A stretch of DNA of 64,000 bases from an uncultured Ignavibacteria bacterium. GTDB taxonomy: Bacteria; Zixibacteria; MSB-5A5; UM-FILTER-46-8. Location: assembly GCA_964563085.1 (NCBI GenBank), contig CAZLVS010000002.1:62-64061 (forward strand), written 5' to 3'. Below the pieces are notes generated by a model. The model did not search any database. It was not told where the DNA came from and worked only from the letters and a program-made list of their open reading frames with translations. The position numbers and the translations under genes were made by a program. Shown in pieces: positions 55,710 to 64,000 of the stretch (positions are counted from its first letter, which is position 1; each line of letters starts with the position of its first letter).

Positions 55710-58700
55710 TTATGCGGTGGCGGAATCTAAAACCCTTTTGATAGGTTCGGCCGACCGGAATGAATCCGCCATTTCGCGAGGTTTGATTTTAGAAGCGGTT
55801 TCTTCAATTAGTTCCCGTGCGGAATTTATCTCCTGCGTACCGAGCTTCAGGAATTCTCTGTTAGTGGAGTCCGAGGTTAAAAGCGACCCGATTATATATC
55901 GGCTTTCCCATTCCAGTTGCCTGTAGCCGCCCTTGGCGGCGCGCTCAAGCGCAATCTGCAGCATTTCACGCGCTTTTGATTTCCGATTGATAGACTGATA
56001 GAATTTACCCAACGAAAGGAAGGCATAAGCGCCATACTCGCTGAAATCATCTTCAGCTAAACTCTCCAGTTTTTCGGCATAGGCGGCGGCATTTTGGTCT
56101 TTACGATACGAGAATGTATCCATCAATGCGCTCAATGCTTTGATGGTATATATCCTGGCTCCGATGCGCTCTCCGATTTCCGTGGCTTCCAAAGCGTCAC
56201 GATGCGCATCTTCAATATCACCCAGCGCCAATTTGTCAAAAGCGTAACCGGCGAGCAGTTCGGTGATCAGCTCTTCATCGCCCAGAGATTTCGCTAACTC
56301 CATCGCTTTGCCGTGGTTCTCAAGCGCCAGCCTCGGTTGATACATTTGAAGATAAAGATCCCCGAGATTCGAATATGTATATGCCGTTCCTGCAGTATCG
56401 CCAATGCGCTCTAAAACCTTCAGCGCCTCGGTAAACGCCTCCTCAGCATCGGAGTAATTAGCCAGATTCTTGGAGACATAGCCGATATTGCCCAGGCAGT
56501 AGCTTCTGTTGCGACGGTCGCCGACCCGTTCAAAAGCGTCGGCGGCTTTTCGGATATTCTCCATCGCCAAATCTATCTTGCCAGTATCCAGATAGATAAG
56601 CCCCAGGTTATTAAGTATCTTGGCTTCGCCCTCGATATCGGAAAGCTTGCTGCGTATCTCCAGAGCCTGCATGTAAATCGAGAGCGCTTCATCCAGCTCT
56701 CCCAAAGCCCAGAGAGTAATACCCAGGCTATTTAAGCTGCTCGCTATCTCGTTATCGTCATCTATCTCCCGATAGATTTCGGCCGCTATCCTGAATTTTT
56801 CGGCCGCCGTTTTGAAATCTCCCTTGCGCCTGGCTACCTCCGCAATGGAGAAAACACTGGATGCCTTACCGGCGAGATTACTGGACTTCTCCGATAACCG
56901 CAGTCCGGTCTGAGCCGATCTTAGAGCCGAACCGTATTCCCCTTTAAGCCAGCGCGATTCGGCAATGAAGTTGAGGATTATCGGGACCTGCTGATTCATC
57001 TTCCAGCGTTTCAATTTTCCTTTGAGTTGTTCGAACGCCTGCTCGGCGTCATCATAGGAGCCGGTTCTAAGATAAACATTAGCTTTAGCTTTAATAACAT
57101 GGCAGACTTTATCGCTATCGATGTAATTGGGCAATCTCCCGGGCCTGTTGAACATCTTCTCGGCGCTGCTATAAAAACGTATCGCTTCCCCGTTGGCGAA
57201 AATCGATACCGCTTTATCCCCCGCTTCAATTAAGTACTTGAAGGCTTTGTCTTTGCGGCTGCTGTGGGAATAATGATGCGCCAACAGCTCGAGATGAGAA
57301 TGGAGATTATCCCTGTATTTATTCTCCAGCCTTTCGCCAACTCTTCCATGGAGCTTTTCACGCTCTGAGAAGGATTGACATTGATAAGCAACTTCCTGCG
57401 TCATGATATGCTTGAATATATATCCCGGATTAGCCCCCTGGTTATCGATAGGGGTTAAATCCAGCGACGCCAGTTTACTCAGATGGTCGATAAGCGCATC
57501 CCTGGATACTTTATAGGGGAAGATACTCTCGAGCAGGTTAAGATCGAAAGAGCGTCCTATTACCGCCGCGGTCTTTATTACATCTTTGGATGCTTCAGGC
57601 AGCCGATCTATACGCGAAAGCACCAGGCTGTTGATATTATCCGGCAGTTCCAGATTTTTCATATCCCCTACAAAACTTAAATAGCCGGTGTCTTCATCAG
57701 TCTGAATGAAGCCATTATCTATAAGCGAACGGATTATCTCGCCTGCGTAGAATGGGTTCCCCTGCGCCCTTTCAACAACGATCTTCTGAACTTCTTCCGG
57801 GATATCAGGGATATTCAACATAGATACAATCAGCTCAGTAGATTCCTCCGGCGGAAGCGCTTCAAGATTAATCAGGGAGGATTGTCTATATGCAACCGAG
57901 TTCTCAATCTTGTTTTCGGGCCTGGTTACCGAAACTATCATCAGCCCCTTAATCGGCTCTTCCTCGAAGATATAATTCAGGAATTCGAAGGAGGTTTCAT
58001 CTATCCAGTGAATATCCTCCAGTATTACATAATACTGCCGGTTATTCGCCTGATATCTCAATATGGCATGAAGCAAATCGAATAATCTCTGGTGACGGAT
58101 TCTGGTATCCAGGTTCGTTGTCTCCGCTGTTTCCGGTAATCCAAGTTCTAAAATATCATTCAGTGTCGGTTCCCATCCGGAAAGCGATGCGCCGGAACTT
58201 ATCTCGTGGAGAAGCTCCCTATCGAAATCTTTGCCTTTCACGTGCAATATTTTCTCGAAAATCGGCTTCCAGGGTAAAAATGGAATGGCGCTGCCGTAGG
58301 ATTGACATGCCCCGATGAATCCGGGAATGCCTTTTTGCTCCGCCAACTCCAAAAATCTTGCGGTCAATCGAGACTTGCCGATACCGGCTTCCCCCTGAAT
58401 TACTACCGACCGGAATTCTCCCCGGAGAGTCTGCTCGATATTCTCGATTAACTTCTGAGTTTCCTTCTTTCTGCCAACCATCGGACCGGAATGCGCCGAT
58501 AGCGCCTCGTTTACCAGGTCCGTTTCTTCGTCGCTCTCATCTGATACCGTATACACGGGAATAGGATTGGATTTACCCTTCACGGTAACTTCTCCGGCGG
58601 AATCAACTTTCAGGTTGTCCAGTTTGGATTTCACCTTTTCTCCAAGAAGAATGCTGTTGGTTTCGGCTTTGGACATCAAGCGCGCCGCCAGGTTAACATC

Positions 58701-59840
58701 ATCCCCCATCACCGTATATTCCCGACGTTCAATGGCGCCGACATCCCCGCAAAATGCTCTTCCCGCGTTAATGCCGATTTTATGCTGTATATCCCAACCG
58801 GTTTCTGCGTTTATCTCATTTAATCCTTTCTGCATACTCAGCGCCGCCCGTAGTGCCCGGGCTTCGTCATCCTGATGCGCTTTAACCGCGCCGAAAACCG
58901 CCAGTATTTTATCTCCCTTACTATAGCAATCGACGCGGGTGATGACGCCGCCCATCGATGAGATCGACTCGTTAACCATCCGGTAATACTTATCCAGGCG
59001 CTCTTTCAATTCCTCGGGCGCCTCCAGAAAACTATTCCCGGGTATAGTATAATTGACGAACATTATTGTGATACGTCTGTGTTCGGCGGATATCCAGCCA
59101 TCGCGCCCGGTTGAGAGCTTATCATGCAAACCGGATGGTAGGAATTTGCTGAGCATATCGATATTGCAGTCGGAAGGGATGAGTTGGGCGATCTGATTGT
59201 CGATAGCCCGGAATTCGGATTCGGGTTCAATAATAATATACTTATTATCATTTCTGCGCTGCTCGATATAGTCCTCAACCATCCCGCAGAACTCTCGCGT
59301 GGCTCCAACCTGTTCGCCTTCCGCGAAATCAGCGGCATTGAAGACCTCGTTTAGGGCATCTCCGGTCACAAGATGCTCTAATTTCGTTTCGGGATCGCCG
59401 ATCTCCGCGGAGAAAAACTTCCCGTAATGCAACCCGGTATGAAGCGTGAGGTCGAATTTCCCCGCGGAGGTTTTCACGGTTTTGTTTGCCATTGCCCAAT
59501 CGTTTATTTTGAATGCGGCTCTGGCTGCCGCCTCGGGTCTTTCGAAATACACCAAGGTCGCATCGCCGCCGAATTTCAATATATCTCCGCCGTTATCCAG
59601 AATCACTGATATCATTCCGCTTAGGTGTCTGTTAATAACCTGCGTGAGTTCCTCGGAACCGCTTTTTCCGGTAGTAGCCAATTTCTCCGAGATCGCCGTA
59701 AATCCCGAGATATCGGCAAACATCAGGGCGCCTTCCAGAATATCGATCACGGAAGAGAAATCAGCGCTTCGCGGTGCGTTGATGATGAGTCTCGGAAGAT
59801 AGGGTTTAATCTTGTTTAAGGCTTCCGGAATATCTTTCAT
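55710..59840 (-). CDS. tandem class III adenylate/guanylate cyclase - STAND (AAA_16) NTPase - TPR repeat protein
   Basis: Two CHD cyclase domains (…FADISGFTAISEKL…GDATLVYF…; …ITIMFVNYTIPGNSF…KILAVFGAVKAHQDDEARA…). P-loop VVIQGEAGIGKSRL. A long array of TPR-like helices in the C-terminal 600 aa. Confidence 0.8.
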   Translation of the reverse strand: MKDIPEALNKIKPYLPRLIINAPRSADFSSVIDILEGALMFADISGFTAISEKLATTGKSGSEELTQVINRHLSGMISVILDNGGDILKFGGDATLVYFERPEAAARAAFKINDWAMANKTVKTSAGKFDLTLHTGLHYGKFFSAEIGDPETKLEHLVTGDALNEVFNAADFAEGEQVGATREFCGMVEDYIEQRRNDNKYIIIEPESEFRAIDNQIAQLIPSDCNIDMLSKFLPSGLHDKLSTGRDGWISAEHRRITIMFVNYTIPGNSFLEAPEELKERLDKYYRMVNESISSMGGVITRVDCYSKGDKILAVFGAVKAHQDDEARALRAALSMQKGLNEINAETGWDIQHKIGINAGRAFCGDVGAIERREYTVMGDDVNLAARLMSKAETNSILLGEKVKSKLDNLKVDSAGEVTVKGKSNPIPVYTVSDESDEETDLVNEALSAHSGPMVGRKKETQKLIENIEQTLRGEFRSVVIQGEAGIGKSRLTARFLELAEQKGIPGFIGACQSYGSAIPFLPWKPIFEKILHVKGKDFDRELLHEISSGASLSGWEPTLNDILELGLPETAETTNLDTRIRHQRLFDLLHAILRYQANNRQYYVILEDIHWIDETSFEFLNYIFEEEPIKGLMIVSVTRPENKIENSVAYRQSSLINLEALPPEESTELIVSMLNIPDIPEEVQKIVVERAQGNPFYAGEIIRSLIDNGFIQTDEDTGYLSFVGDMKNLELPDNINSLVLSRIDRLPEASKDVIKTAAVIGRSFDLNLLESIFPYKVSRDALIDHLSKLASLDLTPIDNQGANPGYIFKHIMTQEVAYQCQSFSEREKLHGRVGERLENKYRDNLHSHLELLAHHYSHSSRKDKAFKYLIEAGDKAVSIFANGEAIRFYSSAEKMFNRPGRLPNYIDSDKVCHVIKAKANVYLRTGSYDDAEQAFEQLKGKLKRWKMNQQVPIILNFIAESRWLKGEYGSALRSAQTGLRLSEKSSNLAGKASSVFSIAEVARRKGDFKTAAEKFRIAAEIYREIDDDNEIASSLNSLGITLWALGELDEALSIYMQALEIRSKLSDIEGEAKILNNLGLIYLDTGKIDLAMENIRKAADAFERVGDRRNRSYCLGNIGYVSKNLANYSDAEEAFTEALKVLERIGDTAGTAYTYSNLGDLYLQMYQPRLALENHGKAMELAKSLGDEELITELLAGYAFDKLALGDIEDAHRDALEATEIGERIGARIYTIKALSALMDTFSYRKDQNAAAYAEKLESLAEDDFSEYGAYAFLSLGKFYQSINRKSKAREMLQIALERAAKGGYRQLEWESRYIIGSLLTSDSTNREFLKLGTQEINSARELIEETASKIKPREMADSFRSAEPIKRVLDSATA

Positions 59841-59847
59841 GACAATT

Positions 59848-60195
59848 TTAACCCACGAGTATATATCTAAATATTACCAGCAGAAAAATATGCAGTGATT
59901 GATCGACATAATAAAGCTGGGTCGGACCGGATATCCTGCTTTTGACATAATCTTGAGCCCAGTGAGTAGCGAAAAGAATAGCCGCCAGGCAAATAAGCAA
60001 TGTCGCCGGAGGATGATTACTAAATCCCTCCAGTATCCAGAACAGTGTGAACGCTAATGCGATAGTGATTGTATATGTGAAGACATGGAGGGTCAAAGTC
60101 CCCACAGAGCTTTTCTTCATAGCCGCCATTCGGTCGCTTTGCAGACCATAATCCCCCACGTAATGCCCGATTAAAAGAAATATTATCAGATCCAT
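59848..60195 (-). CDS. small 3-4 TM membrane protein (DUF3307-like)
   Basis: IGHYVGDYGLQSD…THWAQDY conserved His/Asp pattern. 8-nt gap to the cyclase gene and 19 nt to the upstream kinase gene (operon-like). Confidence 0.45.
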   Translation of the reverse strand: MDLIIFLLIGHYVGDYGLQSDRMAAMKKSSVGTLTLHVFTYTITIALAFTLFWILEGFSNHPPATLLICLAAILFATHWAQDYVKSRISGPTQLYYVDQSLHIFLLVIFRYILVG

Positions 60196-60213
60196 CGTCG
60201 ATGTTCAGGTGCT

Positions 60214-61839
60214 TCAGTTGGTTTTCTGTAACTCTTTTTCGGATTCCATTGACGTCGTATCACCGGCGGTTCTTGATATCGGGAGTTTTATTATGAACTC
60301 GGTTCCCACTCCCTTTTCGCTCTCGACCTTCACGGTTCCCTTGTGCACCTTGGTTACATTGTTAATCGTGATCAGACCGAAACCATGACCGCTGGATTTG
60401 GTTGTAAAGCTCTGTTTGAATGCCCGTTCCTTTTCATCCGGAGACATTCCCGGACCGTTATCACTCACACAGAATTCAATGCAATTTTCCTGATCAAGAA
60501 GTCTGGTAATGACGTCAATCTTGCCATCATTTCGATTGGCGTTATTCAAGGCGTCTGCCGCATTGTTAAGCAGATTATACAGAATTTGCTGCAATCCCGC
60601 CGGGTCGGCATCGATTGTTTCGATCCTCTCATCGAAATCGGATGTAATCTGAATCCTACGGAACCGTTTCTGCGGCCTCAGGAATGCCAATTCCGCTTCT
60701 AAGAATTTATTTAGCTCGACATCCGTGAACTCGTATTGCGGTTGAGCAAAACTCATCAGTCCATTGGTAAACATGGTCATTCTCTCTATCGCCGTGCGCA
60801 TGGCGTTCATTTTCTTTTCAAGCGCTTCGTTTTTTACATCCTCCAGATCGAAAGTCATCAGTTCGAGATTTCCGCTCAGCACCGATATGTAGTTATTTAA
60901 CTCGTGGGCAACCTCTCCCGCCATCTGTCCACGCGCCGCCATGCGATCCAGGGTCTGCGCCTGTCTCTCCAATTCCTTTGACTCCGTAATGTCGCGGCTC
61001 AAGTATAGTATGCCTATAAGTTTATCATTAGCCCCGATTATATTACAGGCAGTTAGCTCCTGGATAAATTCATCACCGTTCTTTCTTACGCCAAGAACCT
61101 CGCCATGGTATGTTTCATTTTTCTTTAGATGATTGTCGATTGAAACTTTGGTTTCGGTCGGGCAGTTGGGAGAGATGAGTGCATCCATGTTTTTCCCGCG
61201 TATTTCATCATAGGAATATCCGTAGATATCGCGAGCTACTTGATTAAAGATATAAATCACTCCATTCTTATCCGTCACCACTACGATATCCGGAGAAACT
61301 GATATGATTCTCTCCAGAAATTTTTTGGTTCGGTTCAACCGACGGTTTGAATCTTCCAGTTCCTTGCTTATTTTCTCCAGAGATACATTTTTCTCTTTTA
61401 AATCCTTTATAGCCTGTATATCGGATTGGCGCAGCCTGGAAGCTAAAACTCCCATTATTTCGAATGCGACAATAGGGACTTCATATAACAGCGAAATAAA
61501 TGCCGCCTTGGAAAGCTCCAATATATGGCTTTCGGTGGAAACGCGAGCGGTGGCGAATCGAGGGCTGTTTTCCAACAGCGCCATTTCGCCGAAGAAATCT
61601 CCGGAACGCCGCATGGCTAAGGTCACCTTTTCCCTGCCTTCGTCATCCTCCTTGATTATCTCCACACAGCCTTTTTTGATAATATAAAAGGTATCTCCGA
61701 AGCTGTTTTCGCGGAACAGGATATCACCGTCGCGATATGTCTTTTCCTCGATAAAACTCTCTAATTTCTCAAGACTTTCATCATCGAACTTCGAAAATAG
61801 CGGAACTAATTTTAATACTTCCTTGGTAGGTCGGTCCAT
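60214..61839 (-). CDS. cyclic-nucleotide-binding domain / PAS / histidine kinase (HisKA + HATPase_c) sensor protein
   Basis: cNMP-binding fold (…GDILFRENSFGDTFYIIKKGCVEI…FFGEMALLENSPRFATARV…), PAS segment, H-box AGEVAHELNNYISVLSGNLELM, N/G1/G2 boxes (…NLLNNAADA…DNGPGM…GHGFGL…). Confidence 0.8.
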   Translation of the reverse strand: MDRPTKEVLKLVPLFSKFDDESLEKLESFIEEKTYRDGDILFRENSFGDTFYIIKKGCVEIIKEDDEGREKVTLAMRRSGDFFGEMALLENSPRFATARVSTESHILELSKAAFISLLYEVPIVAFEIMGVLASRLRQSDIQAIKDLKEKNVSLEKISKELEDSNRRLNRTKKFLERIISVSPDIVVVTDKNGVIYIFNQVARDIYGYSYDEIRGKNMDALISPNCPTETKVSIDNHLKKNETYHGEVLGVRKNGDEFIQELTACNIIGANDKLIGILYLSRDITESKELERQAQTLDRMAARGQMAGEVAHELNNYISVLSGNLELMTFDLEDVKNEALEKKMNAMRTAIERMTMFTNGLMSFAQPQYEFTDVELNKFLEAELAFLRPQKRFRRIQITSDFDERIETIDADPAGLQQILYNLLNNAADALNNANRNDGKIDVITRLLDQENCIEFCVSDNGPGMSPDEKERAFKQSFTTKSSGHGFGLITINNVTKVHKGTVKVESEKGVGTEFIIKLPISRTAGDTTSMESEKELQKTN

Positions 61840-62175
61840 ATTGCTTTCCGATTAATACCTGTTTTCATTTGAAATTCTCTATTGTTTTATCGACAGAAAT
61901 ATCAAATTCCTTACAGGAACGGCTATTGCCGCTTGCTTTTCCTGCGGATCGCGATTTTCCGATTTTCAATGCGATTATCCAAGAAACATTGGATTCTTCG
62001 TGCCGATAAACTAATCGCTTACAGCGCCTGATAATACCCGGGTTTCCATCTTCTCCGCGAATCGCGCTAAATCCATGTCGAAACAATCCAATCTGTTTTA
62101 TTCCATTGAGTTTTGCACTATATTACTTAGTAATATACAATTCGTAGTATCAAGATTGGCTCAGACTGTAGAAAA

Positions 62176-62706
62176 ATGAAAAAGGAAAATATCCTGATCA
62201 CCGGCATTCCCGGGGTTGGCAAAACCACATTAATATGCAGATTAGCGGAAACACTTAAGGATATGAATCCGGTCGGTTTCTACACCGAAGAAATTCGCGA
62301 AAAAGGCGTCAGGAAGGGATTCAAATTGGTATCTCTTGGCGGCGCTGAGAGTATCCTTTCACACGTGGATATCGATAGCAGCAAGCGCGTCGGGAAATAC
62401 GGGGTTGATGTAAGCCGATTCGAATCTTTCCTTGATAATATTGATTTTTTTAGTTCTGATGCCGGATTGATTGTCATCGATGAAATCGGTAAGATGGAAT
62501 GTAAATCGCGGGAATTCCTTCGGTTAATTGACGAGGTCCTCGATTCCCGGAAATCCGTATTAGCCACTATAGCGCGTAAAGGAGACGGACTTATTGATGA
62601 TATCAAGAAACGTTCAGATGTTCATTTAGTCGAGATAACCGTGAAAAATCGGGATACGGTTCATGTAGAACTTTCACGATTGCTTAGAATAACCTTGGAA
62701 AAATAA
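62176..62706 (+). CDS. THEP1-like nucleoside-triphosphatase (NTPase_1 family P-loop protein)
   Basis: Walker A ITGIPGVGKTTLI, Walker B LIVIDEIGKME. About 175-aa size typical of THEP1/MJ1559 NTPases. Confidence 0.6.
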   Translation: MKKENILITGIPGVGKTTLICRLAETLKDMNPVGFYTEEIREKGVRKGFKLVSLGGAESILSHVDIDSSKRVGKYGVDVSRFESFLDNIDFFSSDAGLIVIDEIGKMECKSREFLRLIDEVLDSRKSVLATIARKGDGLIDDIKKRSDVHLVEITVKNRDTVHVELSRLLRITLEK

Positions 62707-62772
62707 GGAAAACACATTATTTTGAAATATTGATATTTTAATTTTCTTCATGCAATAAGAAAGGCGTAGATT

Positions 62773-64000
62773 ATGAGCTCAAGATTATTGACTTTCCTTT
62801 TTCTTATCCTCTTTTTCTCCATTTTAGCGCAGCAAGCATTCTCGTATGAGATAGGACACACCACCATAACTTTTTATGATCCGGACCGGAACAATCGTGC
62901 GATTCAAACCGAGATTTACTATCCTGCCGAGCAGCCGGGTAACGATGTTCCGGTTGCGATTCCCGAAGGCGATGGATTTCCGACGGTGGCATTCGGCCAT
63001 GGTTATATTATGGTATGGAGCGCTTATCAAAACGTATGGGAAGGTGTCGTTCCCGAAGGATATATAGCGATTTTCCCGCGCACCGAAGGGGAGGTGTTTC
63101 CCGACCATCTCGATTTTGGATTGGATTTAGCATTTCTTGTAGATGCGATGCAAGCGGAAGGCGAGGATTCCACCTCGATATTTTTCGAGAAAGTTGCTTC
63201 GACATCGGCGGTGTCCGGACATTCGATGGGCGGCGGAGCCAGCGTACTCGCCGCTGAAGCCAATCAGAATGCCGCAGCGGTATTTAATCTTGCCGCAGCG
63301 GAAACCAATCCATCGGCTATCGCCGCAGCCGAAAATGTTACCGCCCCAACGCTGCTGTTCGCCGGCTCCGACGATTGCGTTACGCCGCCAGAAGATCACC
63401 AAATACCGATGTACAACGCATTTGCATCCGATTGCAAAACCTATATAGGAATCATAGGCGCAAGCCATTGTCAATTCGCAGAATATAATTTCAATTGCTC
63501 TCTGGGCGAAATCTTTTGCCCCTCTCCGGGAATTAACCGCGCACAACAGCATGAGATAATAAACAGTTATTTAATTCCATGGTTGAATTTTATGCTCAAG
63601 GATGATTTGGAATCCTGGTATCGATTCCAGGCTCTGCTTATCAGCGGTGATGATATAACCTATCAACAGGAATGCGACATACCTTCCGAGCTTAGTATAG
63701 ATATGATTCCCGATAATCCGCCTGTGATTGTACCTGCGGGAGGATCATTTACATTCACCGGAATATTGGCAAATAATTCCGACCAGGCTCAGACCACTGA
63801 TGTCTGGATTATGATCGATGTTCCCAACTACGGTCTGTACGGACCGGTTAAACGGTTCAATAATATATCGCTTTCACCTGATCAGACTATAAGCGTTAAT
63901 GGTATAAACCAATCGGTTCCTATGAACGCGCCGGCTGGGGATTACGATTACAATGTCTACTGCGGAGATTACCCCGCCTCGGTTATCGATTGGGCAACCT
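62773..64000 (+). CDS. T9SS-type cargo, 3'-partial: cutinase/PET-hydrolase-like alpha/beta-hydrolase (dienelactone-hydrolase family) + shared ~105-aa module (runs off window)
   Basis: Signal MSSRLLTFLFLILFFSILAQQAFS. Nucleophile elbow SGHSMGGGAS (cf. GHSMGGGG of LCC / GWSMGGGG of IsPETase), acid …LLFAGSDDCVTP…, His …GASHCQFA…, and NCSL Cys pattern. Then LSIDMIPDNPPVIVPAGGSFTFTGILANNSDQAQTTDVWIMIDVPNYGLYGP…YDYNVYCGDYP…. Confidence 0.6.
   Translation, partial: MSSRLLTFLFLILFFSILAQQAFSYEIGHTTITFYDPDRNNRAIQTEIYYPAEQPGNDVPVAIPEGDGFPTVAFGHGYIMVWSAYQNVWEGVVPEGYIAIFPRTEGEVFPDHLDFGLDLAFLVDAMQAEGEDSTSIFFEKVASTSAVSGHSMGGGASVLAAEANQNAAAVFNLAAAETNPSAIAAAENVTAPTLLFAGSDDCVTPPEDHQIPMYNAFASDCKTYIGIIGASHCQFAEYNFNCSLGEIFCPSPGINRAQQHEIINSYLIPWLNFMLKDDLESWYRFQALLISGDDITYQQECDIPSELSIDMIPDNPPVIVPAGGSFTFTGILANNSDQAQTTDVWIMIDVPNYGLYGPVKRFNNISLSPDQTISVNGINQSVPMNAPAGDYDYNVYCGDYPASVIDWAT

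Overview
This 64-kb window looks like metagenomic DNA from an uncultured bacterium that uses a type IX secretion system (T9SS), about 46-50% GC, with roughly 60 genes. The T9SS machinery genes themselves are not in the window. No rRNA, tRNA or CRISPR array was seen.

Housekeeping content: GT2 and GT4 glycosyltransferases; a P2-type cation ATPase; a divergent PEPCK(ATP)-like protein; an Rrf2 regulator with a DsrMK/HdrDE-like pair; parA-parB-M23 peptidase-bactofilin; a MoxR ATPase; a TonB-dependent receptor; a thiamine-salvage cluster (thiD, thiE, tenA, PurM-like); tgt; fpg.

Accessory content, three unusual layers:
1. At least 11 ORFs end in an almost invariant T9SS C-terminal sorting domain (...NYPNPFN...SGVYFYRL...KRMTLLK). 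Seven of them share an unassigned ~105-aa module (PDxxP-VPxGG-F-TG...DVW-M...YDY...GDYP...F-FTV), attached to esterase, cutinase/PETase-like, M43 metalloprotease and DNRLRE domains. Two tandem genes have near-identical 5' and 3' ends but different cores.
2. A ~155-bp intergenic element with imperfect terminal inverted repeats and two conserved hairpins occurs at least 8 times, plus fragments. One copy abuts an IS5/IS1182-type transposase remnant.
3. A tight minus-strand gene train encodes a cNMP-binding PAS histidine kinase, a small membrane protein, a tandem-cyclase/STAND/TPR giant and four overlapping membrane-protein genes of unknown family.

All calls come from reading the six-frame translations and the DNA by eye. 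No database searches were possible.
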